Below the pieces are notes generated by a model, which saw nothing but the letters and a program-made list of their open reading frames with translations, ran no database searches and was not told where the DNA came from. DNA of 64,000 bases. It comes from Flavobacteriaceae bacterium. GTDB taxonomy: Bacteria; Bacteroidota; Bacteroidia; Flavobacteriales; Flavobacteriaceae. The stretch covers positions 1,774 through 65,773 of the forward strand of contig JAFMCL010000008.1 in assembly GCA_017857815.1 (NCBI GenBank). The letters are read 5' to 3'. The position numbers and the translations under genes are program-made. This document shows, piece after piece, positions 17,867 through 27,522 of this stretch. Positions within the stretch are counted from its first letter, which is position 1. Each line of letters begins with the position of its first letter.

Positions 17867-19692
17867 AATGTCTAACTTCCTTGCTTTGTGGACTATTAGC
17901 TTTATTCTTCAATGTCTCTTTTGGTCAAACCTATTGGCAACAAGCCGTTAAATATAAAATGAATGTTGAAATGGATGTTGAAACCTTTCAATATTCTGGA
18001 GACCAAGAGCTCGTTTATACCAATAATTCTCCGGATGTGTTGAAACGTGTTTTTTATCACCTCTACTTTAACGCTTTTCAGCCCGGGAGTGAAATGGCAG
18101 TTAGGGTAAAAACAGGGAAAGATAAAAACACTCGTTTTAAAATTGAAATAGACTCTTTAAAAACCGATGAGAAGGGGTTTTTGTTGGTTTCTAATTTAAA
18201 ACAGGATGGGATTTTATTAAAATCAAAAATGTCTGAAACTATTTTGGAAGTCGATTTGGCAAATCCGCTATTGCCAGGAGAAAGCACGCTTCTAACTTTA
18301 AATTTTAATGGACAAGTTCCCCTTTTAATTCGACGTTCTGGTCGTAATTCCAAAGAAGGAGTTGCGCTTTCTATGGCCCAATGGTACCCAAAAATGGCAG
18401 AGTATGACTATGATGGCTGGAACGCTGAGCCTTACTTAGGGAGAGAGTTTCATGGGGTTTGGGGTGATTTTGATGTTACATTAAAGCTGGACAAGAAATA
18501 CATCGTTGCCGCGAGTGGCTATATTCAAAATCCTAAAAAAGTTGGTCATGGGTATTCAGACAAAAAAGGAAAAGCAAAAAAAGGAAAATTGACTTGGCAT
18601 TTTGTTGCTCCCAATGTTCATGATTTTACTTGGTCGGCAGATCCTGATTATGTCCATGATATTTACCCTGGACCAAACAATGTTGCTCTTCATTTTTTTT
18701 ATAAAAATAATCCTAAAATTATTGATAACTGGAAGAGGCTACAACCTAAAACCGCAGAACTAATGAGCTTTTATAATCAAGCGGTGGGAGAATATCCTTA
18801 TGACCAATACACCGTGGCACAAGGGGGTGACGGCGGAATGGAATATGCAATGATGACTCTTATCACCGGTGAAAGAACGTTTGGAAGCCTTGTAGGTGTT
18901 ACTGCCCACGAGTTAGCCCATTCTTGGTTTCAGCACATATTGGCTACAAATGAAATGAAACACGAATGGATGGATGAGGGTTTTACTACCTATATTTCTA
19001 CGATGGCTGTGGATAAAATTTTAGAAAAACATAAAACTTTTCCCATTGAAAGCTCCTACAGAGGCTATCTCTATTTAGCGCAATCAGGTCTAGAACAGCC
19101 ACAACAAACCAACGCCAACCGTTATGAACACAACATGGCTTATGAAATAACGGCTTATAACAAAGGGGCTGTCTTTTTAGCACAGTTGGGTTATATAATC
19201 GGTGCTGATAAATTGACAACTACTTTAAAAGAATACTATAACGATTTTAAATTCAAACATCCAACGCCAAACGATTTTAGGAGAGTTGCGGAACGTGTTT
19301 CTGACCTCCATTTAAAGTGGTATTTAACTGATTGGACACAGACAACCAATACGATCGATTATGGAATTAAATCCGTTAAAAGCACTGCAGAGGGAAGCAC
19401 TAGCGTACGGCTAGAGCGTATTGGCTTAATGCCCATGCCACTTGAAATACTCGTTAATCTAAAGGATGGTAAAAAGAAGATCTATTATATTCCAATTACA
19501 TTAATGCGCGGTGAAAAAGAAAACCCCTACAATATAGAATGGTCTGTGCTTAAGGACTGGCCTTGGGCTTTCCCTGAATATGATTTTATTATTGACGAAA
19601 ACCTAGAAAAAATTGAATCTATTGTTATAGATCCCACAATGTATATAGCAGACATTAACCGGAATAATAACGAATTTCCAACTTCCGAGTGA
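17863..19692 (+). CDS. M1 family metallo-aminopeptidase
   Basis: GGMEY and HELAHSW-x-E (WMDEG) motifs, YNKGA. Confidence 0.92.
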   Translation: MKCLTSLLCGLLALFFNVSFGQTYWQQAVKYKMNVEMDVETFQYSGDQELVYTNNSPDVLKRVFYHLYFNAFQPGSEMAVRVKTGKDKNTRFKIEIDSLKTDEKGFLLVSNLKQDGILLKSKMSETILEVDLANPLLPGESTLLTLNFNGQVPLLIRRSGRNSKEGVALSMAQWYPKMAEYDYDGWNAEPYLGREFHGVWGDFDVTLKLDKKYIVAASGYIQNPKKVGHGYSDKKGKAKKGKLTWHFVAPNVHDFTWSADPDYVHDIYPGPNNVALHFFYKNNPKIIDNWKRLQPKTAELMSFYNQAVGEYPYDQYTVAQGGDGGMEYAMMTLITGERTFGSLVGVTAHELAHSWFQHILATNEMKHEWMDEGFTTYISTMAVDKILEKHKTFPIESSYRGYLYLAQSGLEQPQQTNANRYEHNMAYEITAYNKGAVFLAQLGYIIGADKLTTTLKEYYNDFKFKHPTPNDFRRVAERVSDLHLKWYLTDWTQTTNTIDYGIKSVKSTAEGSTSVRLERIGLMPMPLEILVNLKDGKKKIYYIPITLMRGEKENPYNIEWSVLKDWPWAFPEYDFIIDENLEKIESIVIDPTMYIADINRNNNEFPTSE

Positions 19693-20057
19693 TTACTGAA
19701 AAAACCATAAAAAGATTAAAAAATAGGGTTTTAATTGACTTGCTCTTTAATAAAGGAAGCACGGTAAGCTCGGGTGTTTTGGTCGTTCATTATTTAAGAG
19801 ATCTGAATGAAGTCGATGATATATTTATAGGGGTTGGTGTTTCCAAAAGAAATGTGTTTTTGGCTGTTAACCGTAACTTGATTAAAAGACAATTAAGGGC
19901 CGCCATAAGAATTAATCAGGTCTATATAGAAAAAAACATGTCCGCCGGTTTGTATATGGTACTTTTTAAATCAAAAAAAAAGTTAAACTCTTCTGAGATT
20001 AATAGTTGTTTGCTAAAAGCTTTTGAAAAAATAACCACTAGTCCCCTAAATACATAG
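19689..20057 (+). CDS. rnpA: Ribonuclease P protein component
   Basis: RLK..I..LF.KG and GVGVSKR..LAVNRNLIKRQLR (RNR-like motif). Confidence 0.8.
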   Translation: MITEKTIKRLKNRVLIDLLFNKGSTVSSGVLVVHYLRDLNEVDDIFIGVGVSKRNVFLAVNRNLIKRQLRAAIRINQVYIEKNMSAGLYMVLFKSKKKLNSSEINSCLLKAFEKITTSPLNT

Positions 20058-20487
20058 CGCAGTGCGGAATGCCATCTTCAAGATAAGCTTCGCCTTTAAA
20101 CTCAAAACCGAGTTGATTGTAAAAGGCTTTTAAATGCGTTTGGGCAGAAATTTTAATCGGAGTTTTGGGGAAATTTTTTTTACAAAAATCGATAGCTTTA
20201 ACGAGTATTTCATTCCCCATTTTTTTATTTCTATGTGTATGTTTAACAACTACTCTCCCAATTGATATGTGGTTTGGATAGAAAACGCCTAGTTCCATCA
20301 CCCTTAAGTAAGCGATTAGATCGCTACCATCGTGTGCAAAAAAATGTGATCCTTTTCTATCTTTGTCATCAATATCTTGATAAACACAGTTTTGTTCGAC
20401 TACAAAAACTTGTGAACGTAACTTTAACAAATCATAAAGCTCATTTTTATTAAGTTCATCAAAGCTTTTTATCGACCAACTGATCAT
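20038..20487 (-). CDS. GNAT family acetyltransferase (ElaA-like)
   Basis: LYDLLKLRSQVFVVEQNCVYQDIDDKD, IGRVVV, ISAQTHL and YLEDGIPH motifs. Confidence 0.9.
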   Translation of the reverse strand: MISWSIKSFDELNKNELYDLLKLRSQVFVVEQNCVYQDIDDKDRKGSHFFAHDGSDLIAYLRVMELGVFYPNHISIGRVVVKHTHRNKKMGNEILVKAIDFCKKNFPKTPIKISAQTHLKAFYNQLGFEFKGEAYLEDGIPHCAMYLGD

Positions 20488-20918
20488 TAGCTACAAGCAA
20501 TTTTATTTACTCTCTTTTGATGTCTACCTCCTTCAAAAGGTGTCTCTATAAAGATGTCAACTATTTCTAAGGCTAGATCTAAACTAATAAAACGAGCGGG
20601 TAGACTGAGAATATTTGCATCATTGTGTTGTCGTGTCAGATATGCTGTTTCCTTATTCCAGCACAAACCTGTTCTTATTTTTTGATGTTTGTTTGCGGTC
20701 ATTGCTGCACCATTACCGCTACCACAGATAATAATTCCAAACATTGCCCTATTTTCTTGTACATCTTTAGCTACGGGATGAATGAAGTCTGGATAATCAA
20801 CACTGCTTTCGTCATTTGTTCCATGATTTTTTAATACATTTCCCTTCTTTTCTAAGTGTTGGATTATGGCTTCTTTAAATTTAACTCCAGCATGATCGTT
20901 TCCTATAGATATATTCAT
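20487..20918 (-). CDS. rpiB: Ribose-5-phosphate isomerase B
   Basis: IGNDHAG, VDYPD, CGSGNG, RQHNDAN and FEGGRH..RV motifs. Confidence 0.95.
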   Translation of the reverse strand: MNISIGNDHAGVKFKEAIIQHLEKKGNVLKNHGTNDESSVDYPDFIHPVAKDVQENRAMFGIIICGSGNGAAMTANKHQKIRTGLCWNKETAYLTRQHNDANILSLPARFISLDLALEIVDIFIETPFEGGRHQKRVNKIACS

Positions 20919-21417
20919 TTTGTTTTTTTTCTAAAATTAGAAATTTTAAGGTTTATTGTTTATATGTAGTTTAATTATTTGTTAATAAATATTAAAAGAA
21001 AATTTATTTAAATTATTAAATAAGCTTGATTGTAAAAAATTGATAATTACACAAATTTATAAAAGAGTATTAATACTTTTTTTGTGATAAAAATTCAACC
21101 CTTTATAAACATAAATTTTAATTTAAAATCAATATTTAATAAACATCTTTGGTAATTAACAGTTGTTAATATTAATATTAAATTATTGATTATTATTAAT
21201 TTAAACTATTAAAAAATAAATATAATTGGTTAATAAACTTATTTTTACTAGAATATAATACTATAAATAAAATTGTTATTAGTCTTATGAACAGTCTATA
21301 ATAAGCATCATTATTTTTTAAATTTAAATAAAAACATAATTAAATATGTTAAGAGAGTTGATAACTCAAAATCAGCTCAAAAAAAGAAACCATAACTTTA
21401 CAGCATATAAAAATTTA
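20919..21417. other. Putative chromosomal replication origin (oriC)
   Basis: Longest and most AT-rich spacer in the window, with several (T/A)(T/A)ATNAACA-like 9-mers. TTATGAACA is followed by a period-3 ATN tract and an A/T run. parS sites lie 8-10 kb away. Confidence 0.6.
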
Positions 21418-23580
21418 ATGTCAAAGAAAAAAAGAGTAAATAAAAATATAGACGGTAAAGTAATATCAGTTTTTAGAAATAATCCTAGAAAAATATATAA
21501 CCACAAACAAATTGCTTCTAAGTTAGAAATAACAGACACTATGGGTCGGAATGCGATTGTTAAGGCTTTATCAAAATTAGCTTCTCAGAAAATAATAAAA
21601 CAATCATCTCCTGGAAAATACGGATTGAGTGATGATAATAAAAAATATATAAAAGGTCCTATTGAAATTACTGCTTCTGGAAATGGTTATTTAATTCTTC
21701 CTGAAGGAAAAAATGATGTTTTTATTTCACAAAGGAATATTAACAGAGCTTTTAATGGTGACATCGTTTCGGTTTATATAATTAATAAAAAGAAAAGCGG
21801 TAAAATAGAAGGCGAAGTTGTAGAGGTTTTAGAGAGAAAAGAGCAAAATTTCGTAGGAATATTAGAAAGAAGAAAAGACTTTGGATTTGTAAATACTCGG
21901 GGTAACCGAATGTATACAGATTTTTTCATACAAAATGAAGAACTTAAAGACTTTAAAGATGGTGATAAAGTAATTGTAAAATTTAAAGATTGGCCAAATA
22001 AAGCAACCTCTCCTTTTGGAATTATTAAAGAATCTCTAGGTAAACCTGGGGACATGCAAACAGAAATGCATGCTATTCTTTATGAATATGGACTTCCTTC
22101 TAAATTTCCAGATGAAGTTGAAGGTGCAGCTAATAAACTTAATTTAAGCATTACAGAAGAAGAAATTAAAAAAAGAAGAGATTTTAGAGATATCTTAACT
22201 TTTACAATAGATCCTATAACAGCAAAGGATTTTGATGATGCTATTTCTTTTAAGAAACTAGAGAATAATAAAATTGAAATTGGAATTCATATCGCAGACG
22301 TTTCACATTACATCACGCCAAACACCATTTTAGAAGAAGAAGCACTCAGTAGGGCAACTTCTGTATACTTAGTTGACCGAGTGGTTCCAATGTTGCCTGA
22401 GATCCTCTCTAACGGAGCGTGTTCACTTAGACCTAATGAAGAAAAATATACTTTCTCATCTGTTTTTATTGTAAATGAAAGAATGGAGGTTGAAAAAGAA
22501 TGGTTTGGTAAAACAGTAATAAATTCAGATAAAAGGTTTTCTTATGAAGAGGTTCAGTATATTTTAGATACGGAATCCCCTTTTGTTTCTGAAAACGTTT
22601 CGTTAACTGAAGAAAGTTATACCGTTTCAGAAGATTTATTTATTGCTATCACAAATCTTGATAAGTTTGCTAAGATTCTTAGAGAAAAAAGAATGCGTAA
22701 AGGGGCGCTTTCATTTGACCGTGTTGAAATTAAATTTAATCTTGATAAAGAAAATAATCCAGAAAGTGTGTTTTTCAAAAGTTCACAAGATGCGCATAAA
22801 CTTGTAGAGGAATTTATGCTACTGGCCAATAAAAAAGTTGCGGAATTTATAGGGAAACAAAAACCAGAGAAACCATTTGTTTATAGAATTCACGATTTAC
22901 CAGATGAAGATAAATTGATGAATTTAAAAGGAGTGGCTTCAAAGTTTGGTTATGATTTGAATTTAGATCCAAAAGGATTAAATAAATCTTTAAATAAATT
23001 ATTATCAGAAAGTTCGGGTCAAAACGAACAGCAACTCATAGACACCTTGGCCATTCGGTGTATGAGCAAGGCAGTATATACCACAAAAAATATTGGCCAT
23101 TACGGTTTGGCTTTTGAATATTATACGCATTTTACATCGCCGATCAGAAGGTACCCTGATGTCATGGTACATCGTTTGTTAGAGTCTTATTTGTCAGGAA
23201 GCACTACAGCCAACCAAGAAACAATTGAAGAAGCCTGTCATCACTCCTCTCAAAGAGAAATACTCGCGACAAAGGCAGAGCGTGATTCTGTTAAGTATAT
23301 GCAGGTTAAGTTCATGCAAGACAAGATAGATCAAGCTTTTGAAGGCGTAATTTCAGGCGTCACTGACCGTGGTGTTTATGTTGAAATAATCGAAAATAAA
23401 TGTGAAGGTTTGGTCAGAGTCTCCGAAATAAAAGGAGACTACTATAATTATGATAACGAAAATCATTGCTTGGTTGGAGAAAAATATAAGAAGGTTTACC
23501 AATTAGGTGGAACTGTCACTGTTGCCGTCAAAAAAGCAGACTTATTAAAAAGACAATTGGATTTTATTTTAGTGGATTAA
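21418..23580 (+). CDS. rnr: Ribonuclease R
   Basis: RNB motifs TIDPITAKDFDDA, IADVSHY, EEFMLLAN and YTHFTSPIRRYPD; C-terminal S1 domain. ATG 21418 (MSKKKR). Confidence 0.95.
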   Translation: MSKKKRVNKNIDGKVISVFRNNPRKIYNHKQIASKLEITDTMGRNAIVKALSKLASQKIIKQSSPGKYGLSDDNKKYIKGPIEITASGNGYLILPEGKNDVFISQRNINRAFNGDIVSVYIINKKKSGKIEGEVVEVLERKEQNFVGILERRKDFGFVNTRGNRMYTDFFIQNEELKDFKDGDKVIVKFKDWPNKATSPFGIIKESLGKPGDMQTEMHAILYEYGLPSKFPDEVEGAANKLNLSITEEEIKKRRDFRDILTFTIDPITAKDFDDAISFKKLENNKIEIGIHIADVSHYITPNTILEEEALSRATSVYLVDRVVPMLPEILSNGACSLRPNEEKYTFSSVFIVNERMEVEKEWFGKTVINSDKRFSYEEVQYILDTESPFVSENVSLTEESYTVSEDLFIAITNLDKFAKILREKRMRKGALSFDRVEIKFNLDKENNPESVFFKSSQDAHKLVEEFMLLANKKVAEFIGKQKPEKPFVYRIHDLPDEDKLMNLKGVASKFGYDLNLDPKGLNKSLNKLLSESSGQNEQQLIDTLAIRCMSKAVYTTKNIGHYGLAFEYYTHFTSPIRRYPDVMVHRLLESYLSGSTTANQETIEEACHHSSQREILATKAERDSVKYMQVKFMQDKIDQAFEGVISGVTDRGVYVEIIENKCEGLVRVSEIKGDYYNYDNENHCLVGEKYKKVYQLGGTVTVAVKKADLLKRQLDFILVD

Positions 23581-23619
23581 ATTGAATAATTAATTAATTT
23601 TGATAAAAAATAATAGTTT

Positions 23620-24333
23620 ATGTTGATTAGAATTAACACCCTCTCTCTTTTTTTTGTTTTTATATTAAACATGACGCTCGCTCAGGAAAGAGCCGAAAAC
23701 CTAGAAGCTCCTGCAGAAAGAGTACTTAATGTTGAAGAGTTTTTTAATTTAAAACTCTATTCAGGAATTGAACTTAAATTAATTAAATCAACTGAAAACA
23801 AGTTGGTTATAATAGGAGAAAACAGAATGGATGTTGTTGTAAAAAACAAAGGAAATACCCTTAAAATCCGCCATTCTTTCAAGCACCTTTTGGATCGGTC
23901 TTTTACCTATATTGAATTGCACCACACTGAAAACCTCGATAGAATCCACACTTATCAAGGAAGTAAGCTCGAGACCACTAATGTAAACAAACAAACCAGC
24001 ATCACACTTAAGGTGCATGAAGGATCTACAGTCATTTTTTCTTTTGATGGAGATAAGTTAACTTCCAATGTGTCGTCTGGAGGTAAATTGTTTCTTAAGG
24101 GTAAATCTATAAATCACGAATTAACGGTATTCAGCGGTGGTGTTTGTGAGGCCGAAACATTTGAAACACAACAGACAAAAGTAAGGGTTACCGCAGGGGG
24201 CCTTTCTTATGTTAAAGCATCAGAGCTTATCGACGCCAAAGTAACAGCAGGAGGCACAATTCGTATACATGGAAGACCCAAAAAGCTAGTTACTCAAAAG
24301 AATATTGGCGGGAAAATAATAGAGATGAATTAA
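23620..24333 (+). CDS. Head GIN (DUF2807) beta-solenoid domain exported protein
   Basis: Signal peptide, repeated SSGG/TAGG turns, GGTIRIHGRPK C-terminus. Confidence 0.75.
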   Translation: MLIRINTLSLFFVFILNMTLAQERAENLEAPAERVLNVEEFFNLKLYSGIELKLIKSTENKLVIIGENRMDVVVKNKGNTLKIRHSFKHLLDRSFTYIELHHTENLDRIHTYQGSKLETTNVNKQTSITLKVHEGSTVIFSFDGDKLTSNVSSGGKLFLKGKSINHELTVFSGGVCEAETFETQQTKVRVTAGGLSYVKASELIDAKVTAGGTIRIHGRPKKLVTQKNIGGKIIEMN

Positions 24334-24358
24334 AAAATCCCGTTCAAAGACGGGATTT
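24332..24358. terminator. Bidirectional intrinsic terminator
   Basis: AAATCCCGT-TCAAAG-ACGGGATTT hairpin with A/T tails between the GIN gene and the convergent tRNA. Confidence 0.8.
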
Positions 24359-24360
24359 AG

Positions 24361-24431
24361 AGGCATCGAGCGGATTCGAACCGCTGTACGAGCTTTTGCA
24401 GAGCTCTGCCTAGCCACTCGGCCACGATGCC
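24361..24431 (-). tRNA. tRNA-Cys (GCA), CCA not encoded
   Basis: GGCATCGTGGCCGAGTGGCTAGGCAGAGCTCTGCAAAAGCTCGTACAGCGGTTCGAATCCGCTCGATGCCT: acceptor stem GGCATCG/CGATGCC, anticodon loop CTGCAAA, T-loop GTTCGAATC, U discriminator. Confidence 0.95.
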
Positions 24432-24437
24432 ATACGG

Positions 24438-24445
24438 CAAAAGTA
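24438..24445 (-). promoter_or_regulatory. -7 box (TACTTTTG) for tRNA-Cys
   Basis: TAnnTTTG 6 nt upstream of the tRNA 5' end. Confidence 0.65.
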
Positions 24446-24469
24446 ACAAATTTTGATCTTTAGTTAAGC

Positions 24470-24826
24470 CTAACGACGTCCTTTTCTTATTATACTTACT
24501 TCTCCTACATTTCCACCGATAGGTGGGTTTTGTTTTGAAACCATAATCCACACTTTTTGAACACTACTTATACTTTTCAAAATCCGTGTTACAATTCTGT
24601 CGGCCACATTTTCGAGTAGCTTTGAGCGAATTGCCATTTCCTCTTCAACAATTTGATGAAGCGTAACATAGTCTACAGTGTGGTTGAGATCGTCACTTTT
24701 AGCGGGTTCATCCAAGTTTGAGCTAACCTTCAAGTTAACGGTGTAATCGCTTCCAATCTTTTTTTCTTCCTCTAGGCAACCATGGTAGGCATAGAGTCGT
24801 ATGTCTGTCAGTTTTATCTGTCCCAT
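24470..24826 (-). CDS. folB: Dihydroneopterin aldolase
   Basis: YAYHGCLEEE, DDL..TVDY, LLENVA and K.NPPIGG motifs. Confidence 0.93.
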   Translation of the reverse strand: MGQIKLTDIRLYAYHGCLEEEKKIGSDYTVNLKVSSNLDEPAKSDDLNHTVDYVTLHQIVEEEMAIRSKLLENVADRIVTRILKSISSVQKVWIMVSKQNPPIGGNVGEVSIIRKGRR

Positions 24827-24840
24827 TTTTTTATTTTGTG

Positions 24841-24896
24841 CAAAGATATAATAACACGATTATTTTATTCATACCCATAAGCTTTTAATATATTTG
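24841..24896. promoter_or_regulatory. Divergent -7 boxes for folB (24841-24848, minus) and glnS (24889-24896, plus)
   Basis: TATCTTTG on the minus strand; TATATTTG on the plus strand. Confidence 0.6.
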
Positions 24897-24910
24897 TCAA
24901 AATCTAAATC

Positions 24911-26578
24911 ATGTCAGAAAAGGCATTAAACTTTATCGAGCACATCATTGAGGAAGACCTTAAAGAGGGCTTATCTCAAGAAAATTTACGTTTTCGTTTT
25001 CCTCCAGAGCCCAATGGTTTTTTACATATTGGTCACATTAAGGCACTTTCATTAAATTTTAATTTAGGAAAACGTTATAATGCTCCAGTAAACCTTCGGT
25101 TTGACGATACCAATCCCGCTAAAGAAGAAACTCAATTTGTTGAGGCAATTAAAAACGATATCAAATGGCTTGGTTTTGAATGGGATAAGGAGTGCTACGC
25201 ATCTGATTATTTTCAACAACTCTATGACTGGGCGCATTTTTTGATCGATAAAGGCCTTGCTTATGTTGATTCTCAAGGTTCTGAGGCTATTGCCGAACAA
25301 AAAGGAACCCCCACGACTCCTGGACAAAACAGTCCTTTTCGTGAAAGATCCGTGGCAGAGAATAAGGCACTTTTTTCTGATATGAAAGAGGGTAAATTTG
25401 AAGCTGGTGCACATGTTTTGCGTGCCAAAATCGATATGGCTGCTCCAAACATGTTGCTGAGAGACCCCGTTATTTATAGAATTTTATACAAAACACATCA
25501 TCGCACTGGAGACGTCTGGTGCATCTATCCGATGTATGATTGGACTCACGGCGAGTCTGATTATATAGAAAATATTTCACATTCATTTTGTTCTTTGGAG
25601 TTTAAACCCCATAGAGATTTATATAACTGGTTTTTAGATTCTCTATCTCCTCTTAAAGGCATAAGACCCAAACAAAGAGAGTTTGCAAGATTGAATCTTT
25701 CTTATACTGTTACAAGTAAAAGAAAACTTAAAAACCTTATTGACCAAGGGCATGTAACTGGTTGGGATGACCCCAGAATGCCCACTGTCAGTGGTCTACG
25801 AAGAAGAGGTTATACACCGGAGTCGTTGCAAAGCTTTGTAAACACAGCTGGTGTAGCAAAAAGAGATAACGTGATTGATGTGTCCCTTTTAGAATTTTGT
25901 GTCAGAGATCATTTAAATCAAGTTGCTCCGAGGGTAATGGCAGTTCTTGACCCGATTAAACTAACCATCAAAAATTATCCTGAAGGTGAGGATGAAATCC
26001 TTATTGGAGAAAATAACCCAGAAGACGATAGCGCAGGCACCCGAGAAATTCCATTTTCAAGAGATTTATATATAGAAAGAGAAGATTTTAGGGAAGAAGC
26101 CAATCGTAAGTTTTTCCGTTTGACATTAGGGAAGGAAGTTCGTTTAAAAAACGCCTACATAATTAAGGGTGAAGAGGTTATAAAGGATGACGCTGGAAAT
26201 GTTTTGGAGATCATTTGTTCTTATGACCCTTTAAGTAAAAGTGGATCAGGAACGGAAGAAAGCAAGCGTAAAGTCAAAGGAACACTTCACTGGGTTTCAC
26301 GAACTCACTCCAAATTAATATCAGTAAACCTTTATGATCGCTTGTTCTCCGTTCCTGAACCGGATAAAAATAAAGATGAAGATCCGAGCATCCACATCAA
26401 TCCTAAATCTTTAAAAACAATTCAAGGGTTCATTGAGCCTAATTTGGGCAATACCAATTCTGGAACTCATTTTCAATTTCAACGTTTGGGTTATTTTATT
26501 GTTGATACTGAAAGTTCAGATCAAAATTTAATTTTTAATAAAACCGTTGGTCTTAGGGACACTTGGCAGAAAAAATAA
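24911..26578 (+). CDS. glnS: Glutamine--tRNA ligase
   Basis: RFPPEPNGFLHIGH, RFDDTNP, TSKR (KMSKS-like), GWDDPRMPT and FQFQRLGYF motifs. Confidence 0.95.
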   Translation: MSEKALNFIEHIIEEDLKEGLSQENLRFRFPPEPNGFLHIGHIKALSLNFNLGKRYNAPVNLRFDDTNPAKEETQFVEAIKNDIKWLGFEWDKECYASDYFQQLYDWAHFLIDKGLAYVDSQGSEAIAEQKGTPTTPGQNSPFRERSVAENKALFSDMKEGKFEAGAHVLRAKIDMAAPNMLLRDPVIYRILYKTHHRTGDVWCIYPMYDWTHGESDYIENISHSFCSLEFKPHRDLYNWFLDSLSPLKGIRPKQREFARLNLSYTVTSKRKLKNLIDQGHVTGWDDPRMPTVSGLRRRGYTPESLQSFVNTAGVAKRDNVIDVSLLEFCVRDHLNQVAPRVMAVLDPIKLTIKNYPEGEDEILIGENNPEDDSAGTREIPFSRDLYIEREDFREEANRKFFRLTLGKEVRLKNAYIIKGEEVIKDDAGNVLEIICSYDPLSKSGSGTEESKRKVKGTLHWVSRTHSKLISVNLYDRLFSVPEPDKNKDEDPSIHINPKSLKTIQGFIEPNLGNTNSGTHFQFQRLGYFIVDTESSDQNLIFNKTVGLRDTWQKK

Positions 26579-26581
26579 TCC

Positions 26582-27511
26582 TTATTCTTTAGGTTTGTTT
26601 TTCAAATTCTGCTTTTTCATTTCTTCTCCTATTTGATTGCTCGCCGTAAAGGATGCAACCATGTTGTTAAGCATGTCACTACCCGCTTGTGGAGTGTTGG
26701 GAAGTAGAATCAAATTGCTGTTTGTCGACTCTCCTATTGACTGTAATGTGTCATAGTGCTGAGTGACGACGATTAGGGCCGAAGCCTCTTGAGAGTTGAT
26801 TCCTACCCCATTAAGCACATCAACAGATTCTTCCAAACCCCTTGCGATTTCACGTCTTTGGTCGGCGATTCCTTGTCCTTGCAAGCGCTTGCTTTCTGCT
26901 TCAGCTTTTGCCTTTTCGACAATCAATATTCTTGCCGCGTCTCCTTCATATTGTGCAGCAACCTTTTGTCTCTCAGCCGCATTAATTTTATTCATTGCAG
27001 TTTTTACTTCAGAATCAGGATCAATGTCGGTAACCAATGCTTTTATGATGTCATAACCGTAATTAATCATGGCTTCATTAAGCTCCCCCTTAACTGCGTT
27101 CGCAATTTCGTCTTTCTTTTCAAAAACGTCATCCAACTTCATTTTAGGAACAACAGCCCTTACAACATCAAACACATAAGAAGTAATTTGATCTTGAGGA
27201 AAGTCTAATTTGTAGAAAGCATCAAAGACCTTTTCAACCAGTATTTTATATTGAACAGACACTTTCAATTTAACAAAAACATCATCTTTTGTTTTGGTCT
27301 CTACGATCACATCAAGTTGAAGAATTCTTAAACTAACCCTTCCTGCAATCCTATCTATCAAAGGAATTTTTATGTGAAGTCCTGATTGTCTGATAACAAG
27401 AAATCTTCCAAAACGTTCAATAATCGCAGCTGTTTGTTGTTTGACAACGAAAATCCCTGATAAAACGGTGAATAGAAAAAGAAAAAACAGAATAATTGAA
27501 ATAACGTCCAT
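26582..27511 (-). CDS. SPFH/band 7 domain protein
   Basis: N-terminal TM, ERFGRF, ETKTKDDVFV and a coiled AEAESKRLQGQG segment. Confidence 0.9.
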   Translation of the reverse strand: MDVISIILFFLFLFTVLSGIFVVKQQTAAIIERFGRFLVIRQSGLHIKIPLIDRIAGRVSLRILQLDVIVETKTKDDVFVKLKVSVQYKILVEKVFDAFYKLDFPQDQITSYVFDVVRAVVPKMKLDDVFEKKDEIANAVKGELNEAMINYGYDIIKALVTDIDPDSEVKTAMNKINAAERQKVAAQYEGDAARILIVEKAKAEAESKRLQGQGIADQRREIARGLEESVDVLNGVGINSQEASALIVVTQHYDTLQSIGESTNSNLILLPNTPQAGSDMLNNMVASFTASNQIGEEMKKQNLKNKPKE

Positions 27512-27522
27512 AGTTAATAGTA

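Noticed and set aside
19008..19016. Perfect canonical DnaA box TGTGGATAA
   Set aside because: It is a single copy inside the M1 peptidase CDS, ~2 kb from the AT-rich spacer, and is compatible with chance.
24332..24445. tRNA-Cys as a possible island integration site
   Set aside because: No integrase, no duplicated tRNA 3' end seen, and ordinary genes on both sides.
24357..24551. 64-aa minus-strand ORF over the tRNA
   Set aside because: It is a translation of tRNA-Cys and the folB tail, not a protein gene.
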